A stretch of 64,000 bases of DNA from a virus (lineage: Duplodnaviria; Caudoviricetes): positions 30,717-94,716 of the IMG/VR virus record IMGVR_UViG_2675903066_000001; one strand, 5' to 3'. Shown in pieces: positions 9,370 through 18,486 of the stretch. Position numbers and translations under genes: made by a program. Below the pieces are notes generated by a model that was not told where the DNA came from, made no database searches, and saw only the letters and a program-made list of their open reading frames with translations. Numbering within the stretch: the stretch's first letter is position 1; every line of letters starts with the position of its first letter.

Positions 9370-9681
9370 TCAGGCTGCGCGGGCCCGGGCCAGGGTGGCG
9401 CGGAGCTCGTCGCGGTCTTCGGGTTTCGGGGGTACGGGGTCGCCGCGCCAGATGCAGCCTTCGATGGTGGCGAGGTCGTCGAGGTCGTAGACGACTTGGC
9501 GGCCGGCTCGGCCGAGGGTGCGGGCGGCGTAGCGGAACGCCCACTGTCGGATGGTCGAGGCTGCCCGGTCGAGGTGGTCGGCTGCTTGCTGGGCCGTGGC
9601 TGGGCGCACGCCGTCCTCCTGAGGCTCGGGGGGCAAATGGTGCGCTGGTGCGCTTTTGACGCGTTCCGGACAGGCAACCAT
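9370..9681 (-). CDS. Putative MerR/excisionase-like HTH protein
   Basis: ATAQQAADHLDRAASTIRQWAFRY...VYDLDDL. Confidence 0.6.
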   Translation of the reverse strand: MVACPERVKSAPAHHLPPEPQEDGVRPATAQQAADHLDRAASTIRQWAFRYAARTLGRAGRQVVYDLDDLATIEGCIWRGDPVPPKPEDRDELRATLARARAA

Positions 9682-10034
9682 GCGAGGTGGACGCGCTGTA
9701 GTCAGCGGAGGCGCACGAACAGAGTGGTTCGCATAGGCGAGTAAGGGTCAGCTAGCGATCTTGTTACAGGCGATCTCAGCGTCTCGCTAGCATTTCCGCA
9801 GGTCAGAGGCTCGCAACCGTGTAACGGGTACACCACACCTGTCGGCGCAAAGTGTTACACACCCGCCTCACCAGCCGCAACACCAGGCAACGAGAAAGGG
9901 CCGCCTCCCAGTCCCCCACGAACAGGAAGCGGCCCCAAGACCCCGCCCAAAGGGTCACCCACCAGACGAAGCGCTCTCGACCAACCGGATACGCCCGGCA
10001 CGGAGCGTAGCACCCCCAACGATCACGCACAGCA

Positions 10035-10250
10035 TCACCGCCGTTCAACGGTGACGATCACCTGCCAGGTGGCATCGAGCTCGATAGAGATCAACTTCCA
10101 GCCCAAGTCCGCCGCGTAGTCGAGCGCCTGACGACGGAGATCGTCCGCGCCGGTGACGTCGAGCATGAACGGCTCAACGTCGTGGTCCTCCTCCCACAGG
10201 ATCTTGACCACTGCCACGTAGCGGCCCGCCCGCACCGACAGCTCGCTCAC
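10035..10250 (-). CDS. Hypothetical protein
   Basis: GTG at 10250 overlaps the stop of the upstream gene. Confidence 0.45.
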   Translation of the reverse strand: MSELSVRAGRYVAVVKILWEEDHDVEPFMLDVTGADDLRRQALDYAADLGWKLISIELDATWQVIVTVERR

Positions 10251-11059
10251 GCGCCCACCTCGTCGACGACCAGGCCCCGCTCGGCGACCTCGCTGACATG
10301 CCCGCCGCACGTCGAACACACAAACGCGCCCAACCCCGCGTCCCAGCGCAACGACCGCTCACCACACGCCGAACACCGAGCGTGCGACTCCTCCGGCTCC
10401 TCCCCCACCGCCGCGCGTAGCCGCTCCTCCCAACCGAGCGACCACTCCACCAGCTGCACCGGCTCAGCATCCGCCGGCCGGAGCGCCGACACCACACCCA
10501 GGTCCTCCACCGCGAGCACCGCGACCAGCTGCTCTACCAACCACGCCACCGACCGAGACCGAGCAACCCCCGACCGAGCACCACGAACCCGCGCCGCGCA
10601 CCCCAACCGCTCCCTGGCCAGGTCCTCGAAGTCGAGCAGCTCCCCCACCAGCACATCCAGCAGCTCCGCATCCGGCGACACCACCGGCCGCGGCCGCGAC
10701 CCCGACACGCGAGACCAGCGCGACGCCGGCCTCAACCCATCCCCACGAGCAGACACCACCGCCGCCAGCGCATCCACTTCCAACAGCGCGCGCCTCGTCG
10801 TCGCCCGACAGCGACCACACACCAGCGGATCCCCCGCACGCCACGCCACGTCAGGCTGAACCGGCTCGAGCGGCATCTCCCCCACACCGCCCTCCGCGAG
10901 CCACCGATCCACCGCATCCGCATGCACCTCACGAGCACGAAGAAACGACGCCCACACGCGACGCGCACCACCATTGCACGGGCCAACACACACCTGACCA
11001 GCCAACACACACCCCCGGTGACAGACCCCCACACAGTACAAGATCAAATCCTTTCGCAC
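10247..11059 (-). CDS. Cys-rich (zinc-finger) phage protein; start uncertain
   Basis: CVGPC, CGRC, CSACG and CSTCG pairs; unusual GT-rich codons. Confidence 0.6.
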   Translation of the reverse strand: MRKDLILYCVGVCHRGCVLAGQVCVGPCNGGARRVWASFLRAREVHADAVDRWLAEGGVGEMPLEPVQPDVAWRAGDPLVCGRCRATTRRALLEVDALAAVVSARGDGLRPASRWSRVSGSRPRPVVSPDAELLDVLVGELLDFEDLARERLGCAARVRGARSGVARSRSVAWLVEQLVAVLAVEDLGVVSALRPADAEPVQLVEWSLGWEERLRAAVGEEPEESHARCSACGERSLRWDAGLGAFVCSTCGGHVSEVAERGLVVDEVGA

Positions 11060-11118
11060 AGAACCAAGCCGAAGAGGGCCAGCCGGCTTCGCTGACGAGC
11101 GGGTCCGGGGCGCGCGAA

Positions 11119-11149
11119 AACCCCGCGCGACTGGCTGTCGCGCGGGGTT
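11119..11149 (-). terminator. Intrinsic terminator
   Basis: AACCCCGCGCGAC/GTCGCGCGGGGTT stem with a T run on the minus strand, just downstream of the ORF ending at 11166. Confidence 0.7.
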
Positions 11150-11165
11150 CGCTGGGCGGTTCGCG

Positions 11166-11891
11166 CTACGCGCGCGGGCGGCGCGTCGGGATCGCTGCGA
11201 GTCGGCTCCGCGCCGCTTCGCTGGCTCGCGCTACTCCGTAGATCTCGTCAAGCGCTCCGCTGTCGGCAAGCTCGGCCATGCGGCGGAGCGATCGGAGCGC
11301 GGCCACGCAGTAAGAGGCTTCCTGCTGCGCCCTGCCGGTGGCGTGGGCGCGGGTGTAGGTCGCCTGCGTCTCGTACCGGGCGAACATGGGCGCGTCATAG
11401 GTGATGCTGACCTTGCCGTGTTCGGCGGTCACCCGCACGTGCAGGAGCTGTCCGCACGTGGCGAGTAGGCGCGTGATCTCTGCGGCTGCGGTCCGGACGG
11501 CGGCGAGGACGCCGGTCGGCTCGGCTTCGATCGGACGGCGGACATCGCTTACCGCCACGTCTTCGATGATCGCACCCGTGCCGGGCTTGATCAGGAGGAA
11601 CGTGGCATGCAGCGACTTGCGGCACGTGTCGCCGATGCTCCACACCCCGTGCAAGTGGACGGCGGGGCCGTGGTACTCGACGGTGCTGCCGGTCGGCGCG
11701 TAGTCCAGCAGGGCCGCGCGGGCGGTCTGGCTGGCCATGTAGACGCGCCGCTGAAGGTCGGCGCGCGGGTTGCACGGCTGGTGCCACATGCACCGCTGGC
11801 AACTGGTCCGGCCGTGTCCCTCGTACGCGCTCTGCGCGTCCCTCACGGCTTCGATGGCGGCGTAAGCGGCGTTCTTCTTGATCTGGTCCAT
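11166..11891 (-). CDS. Hypothetical protein
   Basis: MDQIKK start with GGGAG RBS. Confidence 0.6.
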   Translation of the reverse strand: MDQIKKNAAYAAIEAVRDAQSAYEGHGRTSCQRCMWHQPCNPRADLQRRVYMASQTARAALLDYAPTGSTVEYHGPAVHLHGVWSIGDTCRKSLHATFLLIKPGTGAIIEDVAVSDVRRPIEAEPTGVLAAVRTAAAEITRLLATCGQLLHVRVTAEHGKVSITYDAPMFARYETQATYTRAHATGRAQQEASYCVAALRSLRRMAELADSGALDEIYGVARASEAARSRLAAIPTRRPRA

Positions 11892-11952
11892 GACTGGTTC
11901 TCCCTGTGGTGGTGGGGGTGCCGCGCCCCGGTGCGGGGCGCGGCGGGTGGGG

Positions 11953-12639
11953 CTACTTCTGGTCGGTGGCGGCGTCGTCTTCGGCGTCGTCGGCCTTGAC
12001 CTTCTTCGCGGCGCGCTCGGCGGCGGCCTTCTCGCGCCTCTCCAGCTCGGCGCGGCCTTCCGGCGTGAGCCTGGCGACGAACATCTCGCGCATGTCGTCG
12101 TCGGTGGCGAGCTGCATGATTGCCTTAATCCGCTTGGTCTCCTCCTCCGGGAGCTTCGCGGCGGTCTCCGACTTCGCCTTGGGCGTGAGCAGCAGGGCAA
12201 GCGCGTTGGACGGGTCGGCCATCGGCTCGCCCATCGTGAAATCGACCTTCTCGCCGATGACCTGCGCGATAGCGCGGGTGATCTGCGGGTGAGACAGGTT
12301 CCCGGCTGCCTCGCGGTCAACGAGCGGGCTCGCGTCGTCCTGGCCCATGCCCTTAGCGCCCTTGGCAACGAGGTCCTTGGGGGACACGTCCCAAGGCTGC
12401 GGGTTGGTGCCGTAGTCGCCCGCCCAACCGTGCTCGATGACGGCGGCCACCATGCCCGCGACGGGCATGGAGAACGCGCGCCACATCAGGCGGGCGGGGG
12501 TGCTGGCGTCGCTGGCGCGGTTGATTACGCCGTTAGCGGCGCGACGGAACCACGTCAGAACGACGGTGAGAGCGGCGGTCACCTGCTCGTCGGTGTAGCG
12601 CTCGGCGGTCTGGGCCTTGGCCTTAGCGGGAGTAGCCAT
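11953..12639 (-). CDS. Hypothetical protein
   Basis: MATPAK start with AAGG RBS; charged C-terminus. Confidence 0.65.
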   Translation of the reverse strand: MATPAKAKAQTAERYTDEQVTAALTVVLTWFRRAANGVINRASDASTPARLMWRAFSMPVAGMVAAVIEHGWAGDYGTNPQPWDVSPKDLVAKGAKGMGQDDASPLVDREAAGNLSHPQITRAIAQVIGEKVDFTMGEPMADPSNALALLLTPKAKSETAAKLPEEETKRIKAIMQLATDDDMREMFVARLTPEGRAELERREKAAAERAAKKVKADDAEDDAATDQK

Positions 12640-12704
12640 TTTGGATCTTGCCTTTCGGTTGGGGTGCCCGCCCCCGGTCGGGGGCGGGCGTAGGGGATGG
12701 TTTG

Positions 12705-13532
12705 TCAGTGGTTCCGCTGGCGCTTCATGCGCACCGAAAGCACGTAGATGGCCAGGGCGGCACCTACCAGCAACCAGGCGCAGACCTGCACCCACAGGGG
12801 CAACCACGGTTCATCCGTCGCCACGGGCGTCGGGGTCGGCGTGGTCCGCGTAGGCGTGGCGCTGGCGGTCGGGACGGCGCTACGGCGCGTGCTGGACGCG
12901 GTGCCCGTGGCGGACGGCGTAGCGGTGACCGTAGGGGCGGGCGAACCGTCCCGACCGTTCCTGCCGTCCCTGCCGGGCGTACCGGCGTTGCCCTGCGGGC
13001 CGGTCGTACCGGCAACGCCAGGCGTACCGGCGGGACCGGTCGCACCGGGCGCGCCCTTCTCGCCCTTCTCGCCCTTCGGACCTGCCGGGCCCTGGTCGCC
13101 CTGGTCACCCTTCGGGCCCTGGGGGCCTGCCGGACCCTGCTCGCCCTTCGGACCCTGCGCCCCTGCGGGTCCAGGGTCGCCGGGGTCGCCCTTCTCGCCC
13201 TTCTCGCCGGGCTCGCCCTGCGGACCCTGCGAACCGTTAACACCGGGCTCGCCCTGCGGTCCCTGCGGACCCTGCTCGCCCTGGTCGCCCTGCACGGACA
13301 CGTAGGGGATGCACACCGCGAACGAGAGTGCGGCCCCGCTGTCCATCGCGGTCGCCGTGACGGTCGGGCAGAACGTGCCCGTAAGGGTGACGGTCGGCGC
13401 TGCGACCGGTGTGGCACCGATCGCGCTGGGCGCTAACCCTGCCGTGATGGCCAGTACGGCGGCGGTGAGTGCGACGCTCGTAAGCGCCGCCCCCGCTGCC
13501 TTGGCCTGTCGTGTGTTCTTCATGGCGATCAC
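12705..13532 (-). CDS. Membrane-anchored collagen-like protein
   Basis: Signal-peptide-like N-terminus, about 39 uninterrupted Gly-X-Y triplets, Thr/Pro linker, C-terminal TM helix and basic tail. Confidence 0.9.
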   Translation of the reverse strand: MIAMKNTRQAKAAGAALTSVALTAAVLAITAGLAPSAIGATPVAAPTVTLTGTFCPTVTATAMDSGAALSFAVCIPYVSVQGDQGEQGPQGPQGEPGVNGSQGPQGEPGEKGEKGDPGDPGPAGAQGPKGEQGPAGPQGPKGDQGDQGPAGPKGEKGEKGAPGATGPAGTPGVAGTTGPQGNAGTPGRDGRNGRDGSPAPTVTATPSATGTASSTRRSAVPTASATPTRTTPTPTPVATDEPWLPLWVQVCAWLLVGAALAIYVLSVRMKRQRNH

Positions 13533-13981
13533 TCTCGTTCCCTACGTAATGGGACGTCCAGGGCTGTCAAGTTTTTGTTATCGACACGTTATGAAAATCG
13601 GGCGCTGACATACCCCCGCCCCCTATCTGACCAGCGGTTCAGCATTAGGAAAGAAACCTAACTAAACTCCAGGCCGCGCCGAACCAAGATCCAACCACCC
13701 ACAAACAGCCGCCGGCATAGCCCACCCACACATCTCTTGGGCTGGTTGCCTTCGACTTGCTGTTGTCGCTTCTGAGGGCCTCTGTGGTGTGTCTGGTCTC
13801 CTTGTACCGGTGCGCGTGTGTTCGTTCGCGTGTGTGGACGCTGTCAGGTCTTTTGAGCGTGTTCTGTCTGCGTTGTCGCTTGCGCTTTGCGTTGTGCGCT
13901 CATGCGAAAACCCGCCATCGACGACCAGGTGCGTTGGCCTGGGTGCGTCGGTGACGGGTTTCGGGGTGGTGTCGCCTTGGG

Positions 13982-14779
13982 TCAGTCGGCGGCGAGTCGG
14001 TCTGCTGCGCAGGCTCGGCAGGGTTCTTCCATGTACGGGTGGGTGGGGCACATGCGGCCTACGCCTCGGTGCGCTCCTGGTAGGGGTTCGGGCTTGGGCA
14101 GGTGTTCATGGGGGTTGGCGCGGAGTGCGCGTTGCACGTACCTGGCGGGGTTTTTCACGGTGCTGCGGGCTCTGCTGAGGATGTGGTCTCTGATGTGTGC
14201 GGCTTGCTGGTCGGTGATGGGGTGCGCGGCGAGCGCAGCGAGTTCGCGCTTCACCATGGCGTCTACTGCTGAAAAGTCCTGTCCGTCTGTCTGGTTGTCG
14301 TCGCGTTCGCGAGCGGGGTACGGCGGGATAGATGACTGACTAGAGAAGTTGTTTTGGGAGTGGGATTGGGATGGGATTGGGGCAGCGTCTTCAGACACGT
14401 CGCCGGACACGTCTTGAGACGCGTCTCCGCGTGATCTTGTGCGGTCGCGTTTCCCTTCCAACCACCGCTCTTGACGTGCACGTTTAGCCTCACGCCCCTC
14501 CCTGATCTTCTCAGCGGACGGTTGATATTCGAGGTAGTCGTGCACGCACCAACCTGAGTCCGTTTCCTCCCACAATCCGACCGAAACCAGCTCACTCGCG
14601 TACCGTTTCGGAGCTCGTACGTCGCTCACAAACTTCAGCTCACGCTCCGGGATCTGCCCATCGGACAGGTTGGCGTTGCACCAGCACAACGCCGAAACGT
14701 ACAACCGGAACGCCTGGTCAGACAGGTGCCGCACCTTCCGATGCGTGGGGAAGGGATCATCGAGTCGAACCCACGCCAT
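13982..14779 (-). CDS. Phage-type replication initiator-like protein
   Basis: MAWVRLDD...HRKV...DG...LW...HDYLEYQPS N-terminal domain typical of actinophage Rep-like proteins; NPARY motif and C-terminal CxxH/CxxC. Confidence 0.7.
   Translation of the reverse strand: MAWVRLDDPFPTHRKVRHLSDQAFRLYVSALCWCNANLSDGQIPERELKFVSDVRAPKRYASELVSVGLWEETDSGWCVHDYLEYQPSAEKIREGREAKRARQERWLEGKRDRTRSRGDASQDVSGDVSEDAAPIPSQSHSQNNFSSQSSIPPYPARERDDNQTDGQDFSAVDAMVKRELAALAAHPITDQQAAHIRDHILSRARSTVKNPARYVQRALRANPHEHLPKPEPLPGAHRGVGRMCPTHPYMEEPCRACAADRLAAD
14382..14425. repeat. 12-bp-periodic iteron-like repeats inside the Rep-like gene
   Basis: GCAGCGTC at 14382, GACACGTC at 14394 and 14406, GACGCGTC at 14418. Confidence 0.6.
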
Positions 14780-15267
14780 CAGACCCGCGCCCCCTTCCTG
14801 CTGTTGCAGGACCGGCACAGCACCCGCAGGTTCTCCACGGTGTCCTCTCCGCCCAATGACCATGGAAAGATGTGATCAAGGGTCAGGTCTTGGATGGCGC
14901 CGCACAGAACGCAGCGGTCGCCGTCGCGGTCGAAGACGAAGACCCGGACGTTAGACGGTATGGTGCGGCGGTAGTCGTCCCTTTCGACCGTCCACAAGGC
15001 GATCGGCCGGCCGCCTGGAACAGCCGGTACGGCGTGAGGCATCAGCCAGCCCTCCCCCGACCGTTCCCATAGCCGAGTGCGGACCAGGTCAGCGACATGA
15101 GCGCGCCGAGCGCCGAGCGAACGAGGTGTCCCCTCTGGAATGAACCCCGCCGTCGAGTAGGCCACGCACCATGACCCAGCCATCGCCCACAAGCCAAGAG
15201 CCGCTGGGCTCGCCGCTAGGACCGCTGGATGCGAGTGAAATCCGTCATCGACCTTGAACCACGGCAT
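14779..15267 (-). CDS. HNH endonuclease with Rep-like N-terminal domain
   Basis: RDGDRCVLCG...LDHIFP...GG...NLRVLCRSCNSRKG; N-terminus MPWFKVDD...HP. Confidence 0.88.
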   Translation of the reverse strand: MPWFKVDDGFHSHPAVLAASPAALGLWAMAGSWCVAYSTAGFIPEGTPRSLGARRAHVADLVRTRLWERSGEGWLMPHAVPAVPGGRPIALWTVERDDYRRTIPSNVRVFVFDRDGDRCVLCGAIQDLTLDHIFPWSLGGEDTVENLRVLCRSCNSRKGARV

Positions 15268-15361
15268 GCTGTGTGCCGCCTTCCTTCCCTATATGCGAAG
15301 CGGGGGCCGCCACCGAGGGAAGTGGTCGGCCCCTACCGTAAGCGGTCGCTGGCGCACGTCG

Positions 15362-15886
15362 TCAACGAGCCCGCGGTGGACGCCCCGACAGGTCGTACAT
15401 GTGGCGCCGCTCCGAGTTGGACAGCACGTCGTACGCCTCGGTCACGCCTTTGAACCGTTCGGCCGCCGCGGAGTCGCCCGGGTTCTTGTCGGGGTGGAGC
15501 TCGCGCGCGAGACGCCGGTACGCGGTCTTGATGTCCTGCTGCGTGGCGGCCTGGTCGACGCCGAGCCGCTCGTACAGCTCGCCGGCGCGCGGCCGCGGCC
15601 TTGGCCTGGGCGGCGGCTCCTCCTTCTTCCGCTTTCTCGGGCCGGGGCACGTCGCGGTGTGCGGCATCATCAGCTTCTCGTGCGGGGCGATCGGCTGGTC
15701 CTTGGTGACGCGCCTCGACCGGAGCACGCCGTGCAGGTCTTTTCGCACCGCGGTGTTGCCGCCCGGGTCCGGCTGGAGGTCGACGGCGAGCCACTTGCCC
15801 GCTTCTGTCTTCGTCCACCGGACCATCCGGCCGCATCCGGGCCGGCCGTGGTCGCCGCACCGGCCGACGTCAACCTTGGAGAACAC
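15362..15886 (-). CDS. J-domain (DnaJ-like) protein with N-terminal Zn-binding region
   Basis: LYERLGV...IKTAYRRLARELHPDKN...FKGVTEAYDVLS with intact HPD motif. Confidence 0.9.
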   Translation of the reverse strand: MFSKVDVGRCGDHGRPGCGRMVRWTKTEAGKWLAVDLQPDPGGNTAVRKDLHGVLRSRRVTKDQPIAPHEKLMMPHTATCPGPRKRKKEEPPPRPRPRPRAGELYERLGVDQAATQQDIKTAYRRLARELHPDKNPGDSAAAERFKGVTEAYDVLSNSERRHMYDLSGRPPRAR

Positions 15887-15901
15887 GCACCACCTCGCCG
15901 C

Positions 15902-16276
15902 TCACCCGCCGCCGCCCCCTCCCGACCGGCCGAACCCTCCGCGCTGGATCACAGTCCCCCTGCGGGTGGTGATCTCCGCGTTCGCTGGCTTGAGGCTGGT
16001 GCCGCCGCGCACGTATCCGGGCCGGCTCGTGGTCGACGAGCCGTACAGCCAGTGGTAGTAGGCGGCGTGGGATCCGCCGTCGCAGTACCGGTCGTCCACG
16101 ATCTGGTAGGTGCCGTCGGCCTGCTTGGTGGCGAGCACGCAGTCGGCGACCACCTCGGGGTCGTCGTCCGGGGCTGTGGCGATCAACGCGACAACGGCGC
16201 TGGCGAGGATGGTCAGCGTGACCACTGCGAGGCCGCATCCGTCTCCGTCTCCGCTGCGGCGCCGGTAGCTAGGCAT
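15902..16276 (-). CDS. Membrane/secreted protein with RGGFG tail (YgiB/DUF1190-like)
   Basis: N-terminal TM helix, Cys pair and C-terminal TVIQRGGFGRSGGGG. Confidence 0.55.
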   Translation of the reverse strand: MPSYRRRSGDGDGCGLAVVTLTILASAVVALIATAPDDDPEVVADCVLATKQADGTYQIVDDRYCDGGSHAAYYHWLYGSSTTSRPGYVRGGTSLKPANAEITTRRGTVIQRGGFGRSGGGGGG

Positions 16277-16282
16277 CGGCGG

Positions 16283-16507
16283 TCACCGCCTCGGACCGGA
16301 CCACGGACACCGGGCAGACACACGCCGCGATGAAGCACACGTACAGTACGTGAGGCCGCGCCGCATCTGCTGGACGTGCCGGTCGCACGTGAGGCCCTCG
16401 CGGGTGTGCCCGTGCTCGCACCGCGCGGTGACCTTGGTCGTGCTGTCGGCGCCGCACGGCGTGCCCAGGGCGATCGCGGTCACGGCCGTGCAGACGAGCG
16501 CGGTCAT
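16283..16507 (-). CDS. Small Cys-rich protein
   Basis: Multiple Cys/His pairs; ATGA coupling. Confidence 0.45.
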   Translation of the reverse strand: MTALVCTAVTAIALGTPCGADSTTKVTARCEHGHTREGLTCDRHVQQMRRGLTYCTCASSRRVSARCPWSGPRR

Positions 16508-16950
16508 CGGGTTCCCTCCGTGTTGACGAAGAAGCGGGACAGCTCCCGCATCGCCTGGTCGGTCGCGGTCTTGCGGCGTCGCTGCACCTCGTCGTCGAGG
16601 TAGCGCTTGAAGTCGTCCGGGTACTGCTGGACGAGGCGGTCGAGCGCCGCACCGTGCGAGGCGTTGGCCAGCTCGGCCGCGCCTTCCGCGAACGGCAGGT
16701 GCAGCGGGCACAGCGAGCGGTACCGGCCGCCGACAGCTTCCGGGGCGGTCCGGTCGGGCCGGCTCGACGTGTGCTGGACGAGGACGACCGCGACGGGCGG
16801 GCCGCACGGGATGCCGCGCGCCTTGCGGGTGATGGCGCACGCGGGGTGGTCACCTTCGCGCCAGCGACGTATCCACGTGCTGCGGTGCCGGTAGGTGTGG
16901 TTCGTGTCGCCGAGCAGCACGAACCCGTGGCCAGGGGCCATCTCTCTCAC
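16504..16950 (-). CDS. Hypothetical phage protein
   Basis: Translationally coupled in the early operon. Confidence 0.55.
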   Translation of the reverse strand: MREMAPGHGFVLLGDTNHTYRHRSTWIRRWREGDHPACAITRKARGIPCGPPVAVVLVQHTSSRPDRTAPEAVGGRYRSLCPLHLPFAEGAAELANASHGAALDRLVQQYPDDFKRYLDDEVQRRRKTATDQAMRELSRFFVNTEGTR

Positions 16951-17282
16951 CAGTTCACCGCCTCATCGACGATGACGAGGTTCGCGGTGGCGCCCTTGAA
17001 CGGGCCGTGCTTGGCGCGGCGGTCGTCGGCCTGGGCGAGGTATTCGCGGCCGGAGTCCGTCAGCTGGACGCGCCACACGCCGAGCCGGGGGTGGTCGACG
17101 GCGATGTGCCCGAGCTGGGACGGCACGCGGAACGTCTCCTCTCGGGTGGAGTACTCGGTGCCGTCGAGCCGGCGGCATCCTCGAGGTGCGGGCTGGAACA
17201 GAACGCCGTCGCCCTGGTCGTGCTCGGCGATCTGGCGGAGCAGCGCGACGGAGGCGCGCTTGAGCGGCTGAGGGGAGGTCAC
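16947..17282 (-). CDS. Hypothetical phage protein
   Basis: GTG start with GGAG RBS. Confidence 0.5.
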   Translation of the reverse strand: MTSPQPLKRASVALLRQIAEHDQGDGVLFQPAPRGCRRLDGTEYSTREETFRVPSQLGHIAVDHPRLGVWRVQLTDSGREYLAQADDRRAKHGPFKGATANLVIVDEAVNW

Positions 17283-17286
17283 GGCG

Positions 17287-17670
17287 CTACTCCCCCTCGG
17301 GGTCCTGGTCGGCGCCGCCCTCTTGGTCAAGGAACCGCTTGCGGACGAGCTTGATCCCGTATGCGTCGCCACCGCGGGCGTGGGCCTTCGTGAACTCCCA
17401 CGTGGGCGGCCGGTCAGCAAGGACTGTGCCGTGGTCCATCACCGTGTTCTTGACGACGGCGAACGCGCGCTCGCTGTCCATCGGGAAGACCCGGTGGCCG
17501 TGGACCTCCTGCCAGAGGACGTACTTGCCGTAGCCCTGGGCGGCGCGGACGTTGTGCAGCCTCAGGTACGCCTCGAACGGGTCGGCGCCGCCCCAGACGA
17601 TCTCTTCGGGGTGCGGGTAGCGGTGGGGGTGGCGGATCAGGTTGCCGAGCTGGTCAAACGGGACCTGCAT
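17287..17670 (-). CDS. Hypothetical phage protein
   Basis: MQVPF start with AAGGAGG RBS. Confidence 0.6.
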   Translation of the reverse strand: MQVPFDQLGNLIRHPHRYPHPEEIVWGGADPFEAYLRLHNVRAAQGYGKYVLWQEVHGHRVFPMDSERAFAVVKNTVMDHGTVLADRPPTWEFTKAHARGGDAYGIKLVRKRFLDQEGGADQDPEGE

Positions 17671-17962
17671 CGTGGTAACCCTCCTTATCAGGGTCGGATT
17701 TGAGGTTGAGCCAGCGCCGCGCGAGGGCCGCGCCACGCTGGTACGTCTCGGTGTGGTCGCCTCGTGGTGTGGGGGCCCAGGTGCTGCGTTTGGCCTCGGT
17801 CGGCCGCCAGCCGTGACCGACCTGCGCGGTCACGTACGACAGGGCGAACGCGTGCGCGTCGGATCTCTCCTCCTCGGGGAGCTCGTCGCGCTCGTGCACG
17901 CGGTGCGCGAGCGCCCGGGCGGCCTCCTCGATAGCGCGCTGCAGCGCCTGGGCCGACGTCAC
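17654..17962 (-). CDS. Hypothetical phage protein
   Basis: GTGA coupling with the upstream gene. Confidence 0.5.
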   Translation of the reverse strand: MTSAQALQRAIEEAARALAHRVHERDELPEEERSDAHAFALSYVTAQVGHGWRPTEAKRSTWAPTPRGDHTETYQRGAALARRWLNLKSDPDKEGYHDAGPV

Positions 17963-18279
17963 GACCGCGCCTTGCGCTGCGGCCTGCGCTCCACCAGCTT
18001 GTAGTGGCAGGCAGCGGCGATGTAGCGGTCGATCATCCTGCGGCTTCTGCCGGTCTCGGTGCAGATCTGGTCGACGGTCAGCCCCTCGTTGACGAGCTGG
18101 GCGACCTTCTCCACGGCGGCCCGGCCGAGGCGGCCCTTGGGCAGCCAGACCGGGGCGCCGGTGTCGGGTTCGTCGATAACGCATCCGGCCTCGAACAGTT
18201 CCCGGATGATGATCTTGGCCGTGGGAGTGGCCTTCCTCCGCAGGACTCGGCTGATGACCTGCTCGGCGGTGCTGGGCAT
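17959..18279 (-). CDS. HTH DNA-binding protein
   Basis: GLTVDQICTETGRSRRMIDRYI. Confidence 0.65.
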   Translation of the reverse strand: MPSTAEQVISRVLRRKATPTAKIIIRELFEAGCVIDEPDTGAPVWLPKGRLGRAAVEKVAQLVNEGLTVDQICTETGRSRRMIDRYIAAACHYKLVERRPQRKARS

Positions 18280-18291
18280 GGTGTGGTTCTC

Positions 18292-18486
18292 CTACTGCGA
18301 TGCCGTGGCGCGGAGCGCGAGCTGTCGCGCTGCTGCGATGTCGTCCGGGGTGACGTGGCCCTCGACGACGGCGAGCAGGGTCGCGCCGTCCGAGGACCAA
18401 ATAGCCGTGTTACGCGGTATGGCCTTCTTGTTTCGGCTGCGGTTCCGCTTGCGCTTTACGTCGAGCGCGTCGGCGGGAGTTAGCAC
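18292..18486 (-). CDS. Small hypothetical protein
   Basis: GTG at 18486 with AAGGAG RBS; contains a copy of the 19-bp motif. Confidence 0.45.
   Translation of the reverse strand: MLTPADALDVKRKRNRSRNKKAIPRNTAIWSSDGATLLAVVEGHVTPDDIAAARQLALRATASQ

Noticed and set aside
12940-13300. Tandem DNA repeats as a non-coding array
   Set aside because: Fully explained by Gly-X-Y collagen coding
15338-15358. Additional 19-bp motif copies at about 15340, 28073, 35040 and 2459
   Set aside because: Only the CGCTKGCGC or GCGG..CCGC half matches, which could be chance in GC-rich DNA; not counted
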